NCBI RefSeq assembly: GCF_001194135.2
Contig: NC_069008.1
Coordinates: 14,274,899 to 14,338,898, forward strand
Reading direction: 5' to 3'
Length of the DNA: 64,000 nt
From: Octopus bimaculoides
Taxonomy: Eukaryota
The number at the start of each line of letters is the position of its first letter. Positions within the stretch are counted from its first letter, which is position 1. This document shows positions 63,200 to 64,000 of the stretch, piece after piece. The translations under genes were made by a program, and so were the position numbers. The notes below the pieces were generated by a model that searched no databases, was not told where the DNA came from, and was given only the letters and a program-made list of their open reading frames with translations.

Positions 63200-63535
63200 A
63201 GAATGGTAATATGTACCACATGTTGATCACCAGATGCTCCAAACCATGGTGTCTCATTCAAATAGAGCTCAAAAAGACTGAAAAAGCATTAACCAACCTC
63301 GGTGACAATATTCACGTACTTCCTCTCGAAGACTTCAACCTCCCCCTAATGTCAAATGGCCTGAAGTACACCTCCTCTCAGGTATGTCATTGCAATGGCA
63401 GGTAGAATCACTGCTTGACCTTATTAACATGGTATTCATGAAACAAATAGCGTTCCTCCCAAAGAGGGGTCAAAATGTCCTGAATATCTACTTCACAAAT
63501 AACGTTGCGCTTATCCCTAATGTTAAGGGCAACAC
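63200..63535 (+). mobile_element. CR1/L2-type apurinic endonuclease fragment
   Basis: VLPLEDFNLP (GDFN-like) and ESLLDLINMVFMKQIAFLPKRGQNVLNIYFTNN (PTR..N.LDL-like), frameshifted. Confidence 0.6.
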
Positions 63536-63574
63536 CAACGATTTTCCCAGATATTAACTAAGTAGAACTAACAA

Positions 63575-63903
63575 AATAGGGTCCGAAAAAACTGCAAATA
63601 TGCAGTCTACTAGAAGAACCCGATTCCTTTCCAGCCTGAAATGTCATAGAACGAAACTGGAAAAGGTAGCAGTAGTAGCACCAATAATCGTCGGAGCCCT
63701 GAGAACAGTGAACAAAATTTTCGAGAAGTACGTGGAACAAATAGGGGCTGCAATAATGGGTGGAGCACTTGCAGAAAACAGCACTGCTTGGAACCGCTTG
63801 AATACTCCGGAACGTGCTCGAAAAATAAGAGGTGTTACCTTAGTTCACTGGTAGTGAACAACAGACACCGTAGTACATCTCCAGCGTTAGAAGCTGTGCA
63901 AAG
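63575..63903 (+). mobile_element. Fourth R4/Dong-type 3' fragment followed by (TAA)n
   Basis: VAPIIVGALRTVNKIFEKYVEQIGAAI / VEHLQKTALLGTA*ILRNVLEK*, then (TAA)n at 63905-63978. Confidence 0.8.
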
Positions 63904-63905
63904 GC

Positions 63906-63978
<73 letters not shown>

Positions 63979-64000
63979 TTTTCTTTATTAACCAGAAAGG

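Overview
Repeat-dominated eukaryotic genomic DNA with about 23 N-gaps (roughly 9.7 kb). The microsatellite density and tRNA-derived SINE set suggest a coleoid cephalopod, probably Octopus (inference, not verified). The only well-supported host gene is the 5' part of a minus-strand CAMKL/AMPK-related (HUNK-like) Ser/Thr kinase. Coding exon 1 is at 51361-51471 and exon 2 at 36812-36940, with canonical phase-0 GT-AG junctions. No further kinase exon is visible in the remaining ~36.8 kb. The rest is microsatellites, several SINE families (nested, with target-site duplications), 3' relics of RTE, R4/Dong, HERO, CR1/L2 and Penelope retroelements, a Tc1/mariner relic and MITEs. The most interesting observation is a short element with a tRNA-like head, an internal (TAA)n tract and a Penelope-type tail carrying a minimal type I hammerhead ribozyme motif. 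It occurs three times, once as a head-to-head palindrome, and both loci show Penelope-style inverted ends. Almost all long ORFs in the supplied track are microsatellite or gap artefacts. SINE family letters (A, B, C, D, F, H, P) are my own working labels, and repeat coordinates are approximate unless a TSD or TIR is given.
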